Shown one piece after another: positions 39,510 through 50,274 of a DNA stretch of 64,000 nucleotides (the stretch's first letter is position 1; every line of letters starts with the position of its first letter). The notes beneath the pieces were generated by a model that had not been told where the DNA came from, searched no databases, and worked only from the letters and a program-made list of their open reading frames with translations. Made by a program: the position numbers and the translations under genes. This DNA comes from Sideroxydans sp. (GTDB lineage: Bacteria > Pseudomonadota > Gammaproteobacteria > Burkholderiales > Gallionellaceae), in contig DAIDAG010000066.1 of assembly GCA_027310725.1 (NCBI GenBank), positions 96,828 to 160,827 on the forward strand, given 5' to 3'.

Positions 39510-40046
39510 ATGATCGAAGCACCTATTAGCACTCCACCGCAAGCCTACATGGATATCATCAGTCCGCTGATCGACACGTCGAGGGGTTATTTGGAGAACG
39601 GCGATAAGCTTCAGGCGATGGCCTTCGTGGGCAACCTGACCACTAAGCAGGTCATCCCCGTGATGATTCAGCCAGGTAGCGGCGAGGACAAAGACCAGTC
39701 TTCACGGAATATCCAGTCTGTAGCGCAAATATCGGAAGCTGATTTCGTGTTTACTATCATGGAGGCGTGGTCGCTTCGCCGAGACAAAATATCGAAGATG
39801 GACGCCATCATGGACAAGTACGGAAGCATCGGCGCATCGCCATATGCGGTAGATGTGTGCTCGATTGCGCTGGAAACGCGACATGGCGTGTGGGTTGCGC
39901 AGCAGCAGATCAAGCCAAAGGGGATTTCCAAGAAGAAACGGACAATTGGGGTAGTCGAGTTCCGCCATTTCACGGAAGTTGCAGGCAGATTTATGCACCT
40001 GCTGCCGAAGAAGGAAGACGACGAGCCGGCAACGACTTTGCATTGA
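39510..40046 (+). CDS. Hypothetical protein
   Basis: RBS GAGGA, 178 aa. Confidence 0.75.
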   Translation: MIEAPISTPPQAYMDIISPLIDTSRGYLENGDKLQAMAFVGNLTTKQVIPVMIQPGSGEDKDQSSRNIQSVAQISEADFVFTIMEAWSLRRDKISKMDAIMDKYGSIGASPYAVDVCSIALETRHGVWVAQQQIKPKGISKKKRTIGVVEFRHFTEVAGRFMHLLPKKEDDEPATTLH

Positions 40047-40188
40047 GGTTGCAGGCATATACCCGACATAAGCAAAGAGGGTTATTATCCTGCAACACAA
40101 AACCAACAATAAATCGGGGAAATAGATTGGCAATCAATTTGAATAGAAGCATATCTGTTGATGGCATAGAAAATATCAGACTCTCAGC

Positions 40189-43100
40189 ATGAGGTTTCTG
40201 AAAAATGCCGGTACTGAGCGTACCCTCGATCTAATCAAGCCCCTTTTACTGAACGGCAGTAGCATGGACATAGCGACCTCGTCATTGTCTCTATTCGCCT
40301 TCGCCGAGCTACTCAGCGAGCTGTCCTCGATACAAAATACCCGCCTCCTGCTTCCCAGCGAAGAACACGACCTGAAGTTGTTTGGTACAGAACATGACCG
40401 CGCCGCGCGGAATCGCCTTCAAGTGCGCTGGCTGGCACTGCGGCTCGCACAGTGGTTACAAGGTAAATCCGAGTTGCGGCGAGTAAGTGGCGCTGTTCCA
40501 CAGGGCGCGGCAGTGCTGCGCAACGCAGATGCCGCACCCCAGCTTGGCATCATGGGTTCATTCTCTTTCAGTACCGATGGGTTGGGCATTACACCTGGTA
40601 ACCCGCTCAATCTTATTCAGTCATCGGAAACCGAAGAAGAGAGCCGGCGGCTCAATGACTGGTTCGATGTCCAATGGAACACCCTAAAGGAACAACCTGA
40701 GGCGAAGGCTGCTTTACTCGCAAAACTCAAGTCAATCACTGACCACCGCGATCCTTACAGCATTTACGTGCTGATGCTGCATCATCTATTCCAGACCAAC
40801 AGCGACGAGATGGACGAAGATCGCATCGTCAAGTCAGCCACTGGAATACGAAATACACTGGTCTGGAAGAAGCTCTACAAGTTCCAGCGTGACGGTGTAG
40901 TGGGGGCGATAGACAAACTCAATCGATTCGGCGGCTGCATCATCGCCGATAGCGTAGGCTTGGGCAAAACCTTCGAGGCGTTGGCCATCATCAAATACCA
41001 TGAACTACGCAACGACCGAGTGCTGGTGTTATGCCCAAAACGGCTGCGCGAAAACTGGACGCTCTACAAGACTAACGACAAGCGCAATGTGCTGGCCGCC
41101 GACCGACTTAATTACGACGTATTGAATCACACCGATCTTTCCCGTGACGCGGGGAGTTCCGGCGACATCGACCTGTCTCACGTTAACTGGGGTAACTACG
41201 ACCTGGTTGTGATTGATGAATCCCACAATTTCCGCAACAAGGCCACGCACAAAGACAAAGAATCGCGCTACGACCGCCTGATGCGCCGCATTATCAAGGA
41301 AGGCGTAAAGACCCGCGTGCTCATGTTGTCGGCCACACCAGTCAATAACCGGCTCGCCGACCTGAAGAATCAGATCGCATTCGTCACCGAAGGCGATGAC
41401 GCGGCGCTGTCCGATCATGGCATAGATAGCATTGATAGCACGACCCGCTTGGCTCAGAAGCAGTTCAACCGCTGGTTGGAAATGGATGAGGCGGAGAAAA
41501 CACCGGCGAAATTGATCGAGATGCTCGGCTTCGATTATTTCACCTTACTGGATCATCTCACCATCGCACGCTCGCGCAGGCACATCGAAAAATACTATGG
41601 CATCACCGAAACAGGCCGCTTCCCGGATCGTCTGCCGCCTATCAACATCAAGGCGGACGTGGATAGAGCAGGGGAATTCCGCTCCATTCGCGACATCAAC
41701 ATGGAAATCCGCCGCCTGAACCTGGCCAGCTACGCACCATTGCGCTACGTACTACCGCACAAGCAGGCGGCATACGATGCCAAATACAGCACGCAGATTC
41801 GTGGCGGCGAGAGCTTCTTCCGCCAGGTTGACCGCGAAGAAAGTTTGATTCACCTGCTACGCGTCAACGTGCTCAAGCGCATGGAAAGCGCGGTCTCTTC
41901 GTTCCGGCTCACGGTTCAGCGGCAACTGAAAGATGTCGAAGCAGTGCTGGAACGCATCGAGTCCCAAACCGGGGAACTCGAAGAGCTGGACATCACCGAC
42001 GTGGACATCGAAGACCCAACCTTCGAGAGCTTGCTGGTGGGCAGAAAAGTGAAAGTCTTGCTGGGGGATGTTGACCTCATCCGCTGGAAGCAAGACCTCA
42101 TTGAAGACCGCAACCGCCTTGCTACGCTGTTAGCCGCAGCCATGCAGGTTGATCCAGATCGGGATGCCAAGCTGCATGAGTTGCGCGAGATGATAAAGAA
42201 CAAGTGCCACAATCCCATCAATGACGGCAACCGAAAGATGATCGTCTTCACAGCGTTCAGCGATACGGCGCAATATCTTTACGAACAAATTGCCGGTTGG
42301 GCAAAGAAGGAACTTGGCATCGAGGCGGCGTTGGTTACGGGCTCAGGCCGCAATCAAACCACCATTCCAGGTATGCGCAAAGACCTGGCTACCATCCTCA
42401 CAGCCTTCTCGCCGCGCTCCAAAGAGCGCCCGGAAGAGCTGGCTCACGAGGGCACGCTGGACTTGCTGATCGCAACCGACTGCATCTCCGAAGGTCAAAA
42501 CCTTCAGGATTGCGACTGGCTCATCAACTATGACATTCACTGGAACCCGGTGCGCATCATTCAACGCTTTGGCCGGATAGACCGTATTGGTTCACCCAAC
42601 CAGCGCATCCAGCTTGTTAACTTCTGGCCCAACATGGAGCTGGAGGAATACATCAACCTCGAACAACGCGTCAGCGGGCGCATGGTTCTGCTGGACATTT
42701 CCGCTACCGGCGAAGAAAACCTCATCGAGCAGCAATCCGGCAACCAGATGAACGATCTGGAATACCGTCGTAAGCAACTGCTCAAACTGCAAGACACTGT
42801 GATTGATCTGGAAGACCTCTCAACTGGCGTTTCCATTACCGACCTCACGCTCACCGATTTTCGCATCGACCTTGCCCAGTATTTCAAGGCGCATCCGGGT
42901 AAGCTGGAAAACATGCCGCTGGGCGCGTGCGCCGTAACCACCAGCGAGGATGCCGACATTCCACCGGGAATCGTGTTCTGCCTGCGTGCCGAAGGTGCGG
43001 CTGCAGGGAAGATCGCTGATTCTGGCTACCCACTCGCACCACATTACCTCGTGCATGTTGGCGAAGATGGCAGCGTCCTGTTGCCCTACACTCAAGCAAA

Positions 43101-43383
43101 GCTCATTCTGGACCGGCTAAAACGTCTGAGCTTGGGGCGAGACCTGCCTGACGCTAGCGCCTGTGCTCGGCACGATAAAGAAACCAAGCAAGGCGAAGTC
43201 ATGCACCACGCCCAGCAACTGCTTGCAGCAGCTGTCGCCTCGGTTGTGGGCAAGAGCGAAGAGCGCGCAGTCGCCAGTTTGTTTTCTCCGGGTGGAACGC
43301 ATGCCATGAAGGGCGAGTTTGCCGGGAGTAATGACTTTGAAGTGGTGGCATTCCTGGTGGTGCTGCCGGAGGCGAGGGCATGA
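40189..43383 (+). CDS. SNF2-family helicase with degenerate N-terminal PLD-like domain
   Basis: ADSVGLGKT, VIDESHNFRN, LSATPVNN, TDCISEGQNLQ, NYDIHWNPVRIIQRFGRIDRIG. Confidence 0.9.
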   Translation: MRFLKNAGTERTLDLIKPLLLNGSSMDIATSSLSLFAFAELLSELSSIQNTRLLLPSEEHDLKLFGTEHDRAARNRLQVRWLALRLAQWLQGKSELRRVSGAVPQGAAVLRNADAAPQLGIMGSFSFSTDGLGITPGNPLNLIQSSETEEESRRLNDWFDVQWNTLKEQPEAKAALLAKLKSITDHRDPYSIYVLMLHHLFQTNSDEMDEDRIVKSATGIRNTLVWKKLYKFQRDGVVGAIDKLNRFGGCIIADSVGLGKTFEALAIIKYHELRNDRVLVLCPKRLRENWTLYKTNDKRNVLAADRLNYDVLNHTDLSRDAGSSGDIDLSHVNWGNYDLVVIDESHNFRNKATHKDKESRYDRLMRRIIKEGVKTRVLMLSATPVNNRLADLKNQIAFVTEGDDAALSDHGIDSIDSTTRLAQKQFNRWLEMDEAEKTPAKLIEMLGFDYFTLLDHLTIARSRRHIEKYYGITETGRFPDRLPPINIKADVDRAGEFRSIRDINMEIRRLNLASYAPLRYVLPHKQAAYDAKYSTQIRGGESFFRQVDREESLIHLLRVNVLKRMESAVSSFRLTVQRQLKDVEAVLERIESQTGELEELDITDVDIEDPTFESLLVGRKVKVLLGDVDLIRWKQDLIEDRNRLATLLAAAMQVDPDRDAKLHELREMIKNKCHNPINDGNRKMIVFTAFSDTAQYLYEQIAGWAKKELGIEAALVTGSGRNQTTIPGMRKDLATILTAFSPRSKERPEELAHEGTLDLLIATDCISEGQNLQDCDWLINYDIHWNPVRIIQRFGRIDRIGSPNQRIQLVNFWPNMELEEYINLEQRVSGRMVLLDISATGEENLIEQQSGNQMNDLEYRRKQLLKLQDTVIDLEDLSTGVSITDLTLTDFRIDLAQYFKAHPGKLENMPLGACAVTTSEDADIPPGIVFCLRAEGAAAGKIADSGYPLAPHYLVHVGEDGSVLLPYTQAKLILDRLKRLSLGRDLPDASACARHDKETKQGEVMHHAQQLLAAAVASVVGKSEERAVASLFSPGGTHAMKGEFAGSNDFEVVAFLVVLPEARA

Positions 43384-44141
43384 TCCTGCAAGACCTGATT
43401 GCTGCACTAGAGCTACCTGCAAGCAGCCGTGTCGATCAGCGTATCCCCAAAAAATTGCTGGTGGAAAACGGCGCGCCCACGTCCGCCGACAAGCGAAACA
43501 TCAACGAGGGAATCGAAGAAATACAATGGGTGGCTTCGTTGAAGCCCTCAACCATTGGCATACCGGAATTTCGGGATGAGACCCGTGAGTATCTCGAAAT
43601 AGCCGTAATGCACATCGCATTGCGGCAGGGCGCCAAAGCAGCTCGTATCGTCGAACTTACGCACCGGGCAGTGCCTTATCCGCTGGTGTTGCTGCTGACG
43701 GCACAAAACCAGTTGACTCTCTCAATGGCACATATCCGCTGGGCACAAAACGAAGCTGGTAAAGTCGTACTGGATGGCGAACCTGTCGTCGTGACCTTAG
43801 CTGGGGATTCGATCTCGCAGGGTGTTTTGCCCGCTTTCCTTCAGGCTTTATCCATCACGCGCCAGCCGCGTGCAAATTTGAGGGTGCTCTATCAAGGCTG
43901 GTTGGATACACTAGCAGCTTTTCAGGCAGCACAGATGACTGGGGTGTTTGCTCAAAGCAAGACGGATGAACAGGCAGCAGCAAGGCGCGCTAGTTTGTTG
44001 GCCTGCCGAGAGCTTGAGCAGAAAATCGCTACCCTGCGGGCAGCAGCAGCCAAAGAAAAGCAACTCGCTCGCCAAGTGGCACTGAATCTCGAAATCAAAC
44101 AATTACAGGCAAGACAACAGCAAGCCAGTACGCTGCTGTAA
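43380..44141 (+). CDS. DUF4391-like protein
   Basis: RIPKK, EEIQW.ASLKP, HRAVPYP, C-terminal KEKQLARQVALN; usual position between SNF2 and mod. Confidence 0.8.
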   Translation: MILQDLIAALELPASSRVDQRIPKKLLVENGAPTSADKRNINEGIEEIQWVASLKPSTIGIPEFRDETREYLEIAVMHIALRQGAKAARIVELTHRAVPYPLVLLLTAQNQLTLSMAHIRWAQNEAGKVVLDGEPVVVTLAGDSISQGVLPAFLQALSITRQPRANLRVLYQGWLDTLAAFQAAQMTGVFAQSKTDEQAAARRASLLACRELEQKIATLRAAAAKEKQLARQVALNLEIKQLQARQQQASTLL

Positions 44142-44159
44142 CCAGAAGGACTGAGAAAA

Positions 44160-46070
44160 ATGATGCAGAAACTCACCGCACAAGACAACGAAACACAATC
44201 CGCTAACATCACTATGGAGAACATTGCCCAGCTCAAGGCTCTGTTTCCCGAACTGCTAACGGAAAGTGCTAGTGGCGTCGCTATCAATGTGGACGTACTC
44301 AAACAGCTGGTGGGGGATGCGGTCGTTACCGATGCGGAGGAAAAATACGGCCTCAACTGGCATGGCAAGCGTCGTGCTCGACAGATTGCGTTGACTCCCA
44401 GCAACGGCACGCTGCGGCCATGCCCGGATGAGAGCGTGGACTGGGACACAACGCAAAACCTGATGATTGAGGGTGACAACTTGGAGGTGTTGAAGCTGTT
44501 GCAAAAGAGCTATGCGGGTAAGGTCAAGCTCATCTCCATCGATCCGCCCTACAACACCGGTAAGGATTTCGTTTACCCCGACAATTTTCAGGACAATATC
44601 AAGAACTATCTAGAGCTTACCGGTCAGGTTGAGGGCGGCCAAAAGATTAGCAGCAACACCGAATCTAACGGGCGGTTTCATACCGACTGGCTGAATATGA
44701 TGTATCCGCGATTGAAGCTTGCGAGAAACTTGCTTGGAGCTGACGGTGTTATTTTCATTACCATTGACGATAGTGAGGTCGCCAACCTCAAGATTATCTG
44801 CGACGAAATATTTGGCGAAGAAAACTTAAAAGGCTTGCTCATTTGGCAACATAGCCTACAGCCAAAGGGATACTCTGGAACGTTTTCGGTTCACCACAAC
44901 TATATTCTTTGCTATCAGAAGAGTGACGATTTCGAGCTCGTAAATCTTGATCGAACAGATGAGCACAATATAAATTATTCCAATCCAGATAACGACCCTA
45001 ACGGATCGTGGCGTACAGGTGATGTGCGAAACGCGCTCTATCGTCCAAATCTGATTTATCAGATCACAACACCGTCTGGAAAGACAATAGAACCACCTCC
45101 CAATGGATGGCGGTGGAGCAAGGAGACTATTGCTGCAAAAATTCAATCTGGAGAGATCATTTTTTCTACAGATGAAACTCGGATAATTAGGAAAATCTAT
45201 CTAAATACACTTGATGGCAGGACGCCCGAAACGATCCTTTTTGGAAAAGATGTTGGCACAACACGTGATGCTGCAGGTGAAATCAAACTGCTGTTCGATG
45301 GCAGTGTCCCATTTGATACCCCAAAGCCGACTAGATTAATTCAGCATCTTATTGCACTGTCCGGGGCAAAGAATCAAGACATCGTAATGGACTTCTTTGC
45401 CGGTTCAGGCACTACAGGGCAGGCTGTCCTAGATTATAACTTTGCCAACCGTCTGCATTTACGAACCATCCTTGTTCAGTTACCTGAGCCCCTCGATAGG
45501 GAAAACAAGGATCAAAGGGACGCGGCAAATTATTGCGATCAACTTGGCAAAGCGAGAACTATTGCTGAACTAACAAAAGAACGACTGCGCCGCTCAGGAC
45601 AGAAGATCAAGACTGAAAGCCCAATATTTGACGTTGATATTGGTTTTCGCGTCTTTAAGCTAGCTACATCAAATATACGTGCTTGGAATCCAGAAAGGGA
45701 TAATCTCGAGAAAACGCTCTTTGCGCATCAAGAGCATCTCCTCCCTGGCCGAATTGCTGCAGATATTCTTACTGAGCTGCTGCTCAAGTGGGGGGTTGAC
45801 CTATGCGTGCAGGTGGAAACTCGTGTGTTTGCAGACAAGGAAATTTGTGCTATTGGCGGCGGCGTATTGTTCGCATGTTTGAGTGATGAGCTCACACGGG
45901 ATGATATCGAGCCTTTGGCTGCAGGCATTTGTGCGTGGCGACAAGAGCTTTCGCCTTCTGGAGATACTACATGCGTATTCAAAGATAGTGCTTTTGTTGA
46001 CGATGTAGCCAAGACCAACCTTGCAGCCATTTTGCAGCAGCAAGGTATTGAGAATGTGCGTAGCCTTTGA
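44160..46070 (+). CDS. mod: Type III restriction-modification methyltransferase Mod
   Basis: YGLNWHGK, IEGDNLEVLK, DPPYNTG, WLNMMYPRL, FDTPKP, DFFAGSGTT. Confidence 0.95.
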   Translation: MMQKLTAQDNETQSANITMENIAQLKALFPELLTESASGVAINVDVLKQLVGDAVVTDAEEKYGLNWHGKRRARQIALTPSNGTLRPCPDESVDWDTTQNLMIEGDNLEVLKLLQKSYAGKVKLISIDPPYNTGKDFVYPDNFQDNIKNYLELTGQVEGGQKISSNTESNGRFHTDWLNMMYPRLKLARNLLGADGVIFITIDDSEVANLKIICDEIFGEENLKGLLIWQHSLQPKGYSGTFSVHHNYILCYQKSDDFELVNLDRTDEHNINYSNPDNDPNGSWRTGDVRNALYRPNLIYQITTPSGKTIEPPPNGWRWSKETIAAKIQSGEIIFSTDETRIIRKIYLNTLDGRTPETILFGKDVGTTRDAAGEIKLLFDGSVPFDTPKPTRLIQHLIALSGAKNQDIVMDFFAGSGTTGQAVLDYNFANRLHLRTILVQLPEPLDRENKDQRDAANYCDQLGKARTIAELTKERLRRSGQKIKTESPIFDVDIGFRVFKLATSNIRAWNPERDNLEKTLFAHQEHLLPGRIAADILTELLLKWGVDLCVQVETRVFADKEICAIGGGVLFACLSDELTRDDIEPLAAGICAWRQELSPSGDTTCVFKDSAFVDDVAKTNLAAILQQQGIENVRSL

Positions 46071-46086
46071 TGAATCGGAAGCTAAA

Positions 46087-47103
46087 ATGAAAAAGGCCAA
46101 ATCGACACCGCCTGTAGTTCTTCCTACTGGTAAGTTTGATACATGGACTGTTACCTCACTGCGTGATTCATTTATCGATGAACTTGCAAAAGATCGAGTA
46201 TCAATTACGCTTCAAATGTTTTTCTATGCAATTACCTACGCTGGCTGGGCAGAGGTGCAGAGATCAGTATCGCAGTGGGTTAAAGCAAAGACCGGTCGGT
46301 GTGTAACCGTCTTTGTTGGCACCGATCACGCAATAACTGATCCTTCGGTGATAGAGGTGATGCATAGACAGGGGATTAATGTTCGCTTGATGAACTCCTA
46401 TTCTGGGGTGTTCCATCCAAAAGTAATTTGGATGTCGGGTAAGTCAAGAAATCTTGTTTGGGTGGGCAGCAATAATCTTACTAAAGACGGCCTTCTTAAT
46501 AACATTGAGTTCGCCGTCCTAATAAAGTCTCATACAGTTCCTGCGGATTTAAATCTTTGGGCGAAGTCCGTCGAGGCTGGGAGTAGTGAAATTACTGATG
46601 AGCTGATTGACTCTTACAAAGAAGAGCGTGAGCTGTTTGAACGAAATCGCGCGGCAGCTAAGTCAACAACTTTTACTTGGAGCCGTAGAGGGGGTCCTAA
46701 ATCAGAAACCAAAAAAACAGCACAATCGGGGGATTTGATTGTTGAAATCATGCCAGAGGAAACGCGAGGCGGGAATCAAATCCAGTTTCCTAAAGCAGCA
46801 GTCAAGAGTTTTTTTGGTTTAGATATGCCGGGAGATCAAACAACAATCAACCTGCAGCGGAAGGGATCGAAGGACGTTCGACAGCTTGTGATAACTGTTT
46901 TTTCAAACAACACGGTGCGCCTTTCGGTTAATGAGCTTGAATACCGCGACAGACCTTGTGTAATCGTTTTTCACAGAGCAAGAGGGGGCCGTGTTGTATT
47001 TGAGATTGTCTCGGAAAGCATCTTCCCCTCTCGATATCGCGCACTTATTTCAACTTGCACGCACCAAACTCGCCAAGGGAGCCGCCGGTGGAATATTCTT
47101 TGA
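46087..47103 (+). CDS. Phospholipase D-family (HKD) nuclease, BfiI/NgoFVII-like
   Basis: FHPK...WVGSNNLT..GL..NIE; putative C-terminal DNA-recognition domain; ATG 46087. Confidence 0.75.
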   Translation: MKKAKSTPPVVLPTGKFDTWTVTSLRDSFIDELAKDRVSITLQMFFYAITYAGWAEVQRSVSQWVKAKTGRCVTVFVGTDHAITDPSVIEVMHRQGINVRLMNSYSGVFHPKVIWMSGKSRNLVWVGSNNLTKDGLLNNIEFAVLIKSHTVPADLNLWAKSVEAGSSEITDELIDSYKEERELFERNRAAAKSTTFTWSRRGGPKSETKKTAQSGDLIVEIMPEETRGGNQIQFPKAAVKSFFGLDMPGDQTTINLQRKGSKDVRQLVITVFSNNTVRLSVNELEYRDRPCVIVFHRARGGRVVFEIVSESIFPSRYRALISTCTHQTRQGSRRWNIL

Positions 47104-47113
47104 GAGATGATCA

Positions 47114-50100
47114 ATGAAGCTGCACTTCGAGCCCAACCTCGACTATCAATTGGACGCTATTGAAGCGGTGTGCGATCTGTTTCGCGGGCAGGAAATTTGC
47201 CGTTCTGAATTTACCGTGACTATGCGTTCCCCAACCACTCAGACAGCGGATGATTTATTCCCCGGCGCTACGCCTCAGCAAATGAGTCTAGGCGTTGCCG
47301 AGTCTGATTTGGGTATCGGTAACAAGCTCACTTTGCTGGATGATGAAATCACCGAGAATCTGCACGCAATCCAGTTGCGTGGGGGATTGCCCCCTTCGGG
47401 AATGTTGGCCTCTGGAGACTTCACCGTGGAAATGGAGACCGGCACGGGCAAGACCTACGTCTATCTGCGTAGTATCTTCGAGCTGAATAAGCGCTACGGC
47501 TTCACCAAGTTCGTCATTGTGGTGCCGTCCGTAGCGATCAAAGAGGGTGTCTATAAGTCCTTGCAAATCACCGAGGAACATTTCAAAGCTCTGTACGCGG
47601 GAGCCCCGTTGGATTACTTCATTTACGATTCTGCCAAGCTGGGCCAGGTGCGCAACTTCGCCACCAGCTCGAACATTCAGATCATGGTGGTAACGGTTGG
47701 CGCGATCAACAAGTTTGGCGACGAAGCAGAGGCCAAGGCGGAAGAGTCCGACGAGACCAAGGCACGCCAGAAATCGCAGAACGTGATGTACCGGCACAGC
47801 GAGAAAACAGGCGGCGAGCGCCCCATCGACCTAATTCGTGCGACCAGTCCCATTGTCATCGTGGATGAACCTCAATCGGTGGATGGTGGCCTCGACGGCA
47901 AGGGCAAGAAGGCCATGCAGCAGTTGAACCCGCTCTGCACCTTGCGTTATTCGGCTACCCATGTGGATAAGCATCACATGATCTATCGCCTTGACGCGGT
48001 GGATGCCTACGAGCGCAAGCTGGTGAAACAGATCGAGGTGGCGGCGGCAACGGTACAAGGCGGAAACAACAGGCCATATGTGCGCGTGCTATCAGTGAGC
48101 AACAAAAAGGGCGTTCCTGTTGCCCGAGTGGAATTGGATGTTGAAACGCTGGCTGGCGTGCAAAGACAGGACGTGCCGGTGGAAGATGGCGACGACCTGG
48201 AGCAGACAACCGGCCGGGCGATATACGCCAATTTCCGGATCGGCGAGATCAAGGCCGGGAAGGGTGATGCCTTTGTCGAGCTGCGCTACCCAGGAGGAGA
48301 GAAATATCTGCAGGTTGGAGAGGCGCATGGCGATGTGGAACCGCTGGCGATCCAGCGCGAGATGATCCGCCGCACCATCAAAGAGCACCTGGATAAGGAA
48401 AAACGGCTACGTCCGCAAGGCATCAAGGTGTTGTCGCTGTTTTTCATCGACGCGGTGGACAAATATCGCCAGTACGACGCTGACGGCAACCCGGTCAAAG
48501 GCGACTACGCCCGGATATTCGAGGAAGAGTACCGGCGAATTGCCAAGCATCCCGATTATCTGAGTCTGTTTACCGAAGTGGATTTGGCGACTGCCGCCGA
48601 AGAAGTGCACAACGGCTACTTTTCAATCGACAAGAAGAAGGTTGGCAATAAATCGGTCGAGGTAATCAAGGACACGCGCGGAGACACCAAGGCGGACGAC
48701 GATACCTACAACCTGATTATGCGCGATAAGGAGAAGCTGCTGGGCTTTGAGACGCCGCTGAAATTCATCTTTTCGCACTCTGCCTTGCGCGAGGGATGGG
48801 ACAACCCGAACGTATTCCAGATATGCACGCTGCGTGACATCCAATCCGAGCGCGAGCGCCGCCAGACCATCGGGCGCGGCTTGCGCCTTTGTGTGAATCA
48901 GGAAGGCCAACGGTTACGTGGCTTTGACATAAATACGCTGACGGTAATCGCCACGGAAAGCTATGAGCAGTTTGCAGATAACCTGCAAAAAGAGATTGAA
49001 GCAGATACCGGCATCCGGTTTGGTATCGTGCAAGACCATCAATTTGCAGCGGTGGTAGTCAAGGGAGTGGATGGTAAAGAAGCGCCCTTGGGTTTTGAGA
49101 AATCCAAAGCGTTGTGGGCGCACCTGATGGCTCAGGGTTACATCGATGCCAAAGGAAAGGTTCAGGATTCACTCAAGGTGGCACTGAAGAACGGCACGCT
49201 GGTTGTGCCTGCCGAGTTTGAAGCGCAACGTGCACAGATTGCCGAGATGCTGCGTAAACTGTCCGGCAAGTTGGAAATCAAGAATGCTGACGAGCGTAAA
49301 CAGATACGCACCCGCCAAGCGGTATTGAACAGCCCGGAGTTCAAGGCGCTGTGGGATCGCATCAAGCACAAGACGACCTATCGCGTGCAATTCGACAACG
49401 AGAAGCTGATCCACAATTGCGTGGATGTCCTGCGCAGCGACCAGTTCCAGATAACAAAGACGCGCCTGCAATGGCGCAAGGCGGACATTTCCATCGGTAA
49501 GGGAGGGATCGACGCCAAGGAAAAGAAGGGCGCTGACATCGTGACGCTGAATGAAGGCGACATCGAGTTGCCAGATTTGCTCACCGACCTGCAAGACCGC
49601 ACCCAACTGACCCGCAAGACCATCACGCGCATCCTGACTGAAAGCGGGCGGCTGAATGACTTCAAGCGCAACCCGCAGCAGTTTATCGAATTGACCGGCG
49701 AGATCATCAACCGCCAGAAGCGCATGGCGTTGGTGGACGGCATCAAGTATCAGCGCTTGGGCGAGGATCAGTTCTATGCCCAGGAGCTGTTCTCGCATGA
49801 GGAGTTGACCGGCTATCTGAAGAATCTACTGGATGCCGAAAAATCGGTGTACGAACAGGTCGTCTATGACTCTGGAACTGAGCGCGACTTCGCCACCCAG
49901 TTAGAGATGAACAACGCCATCAAGGTGTATGCCAAGTTGCCTGGCTGGTTCAAGGTACCAACCCCGCTAGGTAGCTATAACCCTGACTGGGCGGTGCTCG
50001 TGGAGCAGGATGGGGGAGAGCGGCTATACTTTGTTGTTGAGACGAAGAGCAGCCTGTTCACGGACGACCTGCGCGACAAGGAAAGCTCCAAGATCGAATG

Positions 50101-50191
50101 CGGCAAGGCACATTTCACTGCGCTGGCAACCGGCGAAAATCCGGCCAAGTATCTGGTGGCGACGAAGTTTGAGGATTTGGTGAGTCAATAG
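47114..50191 (+). CDS. res: Type III restriction endonuclease Res
   Basis: EMETGTGKTYVY, DEPQ, LRYSATH, ALREGWDNPNVFQIC, QTIGRGLR, YNPDWA..VVETK. Confidence 0.95.
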   Translation: MKLHFEPNLDYQLDAIEAVCDLFRGQEICRSEFTVTMRSPTTQTADDLFPGATPQQMSLGVAESDLGIGNKLTLLDDEITENLHAIQLRGGLPPSGMLASGDFTVEMETGTGKTYVYLRSIFELNKRYGFTKFVIVVPSVAIKEGVYKSLQITEEHFKALYAGAPLDYFIYDSAKLGQVRNFATSSNIQIMVVTVGAINKFGDEAEAKAEESDETKARQKSQNVMYRHSEKTGGERPIDLIRATSPIVIVDEPQSVDGGLDGKGKKAMQQLNPLCTLRYSATHVDKHHMIYRLDAVDAYERKLVKQIEVAAATVQGGNNRPYVRVLSVSNKKGVPVARVELDVETLAGVQRQDVPVEDGDDLEQTTGRAIYANFRIGEIKAGKGDAFVELRYPGGEKYLQVGEAHGDVEPLAIQREMIRRTIKEHLDKEKRLRPQGIKVLSLFFIDAVDKYRQYDADGNPVKGDYARIFEEEYRRIAKHPDYLSLFTEVDLATAAEEVHNGYFSIDKKKVGNKSVEVIKDTRGDTKADDDTYNLIMRDKEKLLGFETPLKFIFSHSALREGWDNPNVFQICTLRDIQSERERRQTIGRGLRLCVNQEGQRLRGFDINTLTVIATESYEQFADNLQKEIEADTGIRFGIVQDHQFAAVVVKGVDGKEAPLGFEKSKALWAHLMAQGYIDAKGKVQDSLKVALKNGTLVVPAEFEAQRAQIAEMLRKLSGKLEIKNADERKQIRTRQAVLNSPEFKALWDRIKHKTTYRVQFDNEKLIHNCVDVLRSDQFQITKTRLQWRKADISIGKGGIDAKEKKGADIVTLNEGDIELPDLLTDLQDRTQLTRKTITRILTESGRLNDFKRNPQQFIELTGEIINRQKRMALVDGIKYQRLGEDQFYAQELFSHEELTGYLKNLLDAEKSVYEQVVYDSGTERDFATQLEMNNAIKVYAKLPGWFKVPTPLGSYNPDWAVLVEQDGGERLYFVVETKSSLFTDDLRDKESSKIECGKAHFTALATGENPAKYLVATKFEDLVSQ

Positions 50192-50274
50192 GCAGTGGTT
50201 GATTGCGGGGTTGGGCAAACTAGAAACTGTCAGCTCCAAGGTGGAGCGTAGTGGTTATTTGAAGGGAGAGATTT

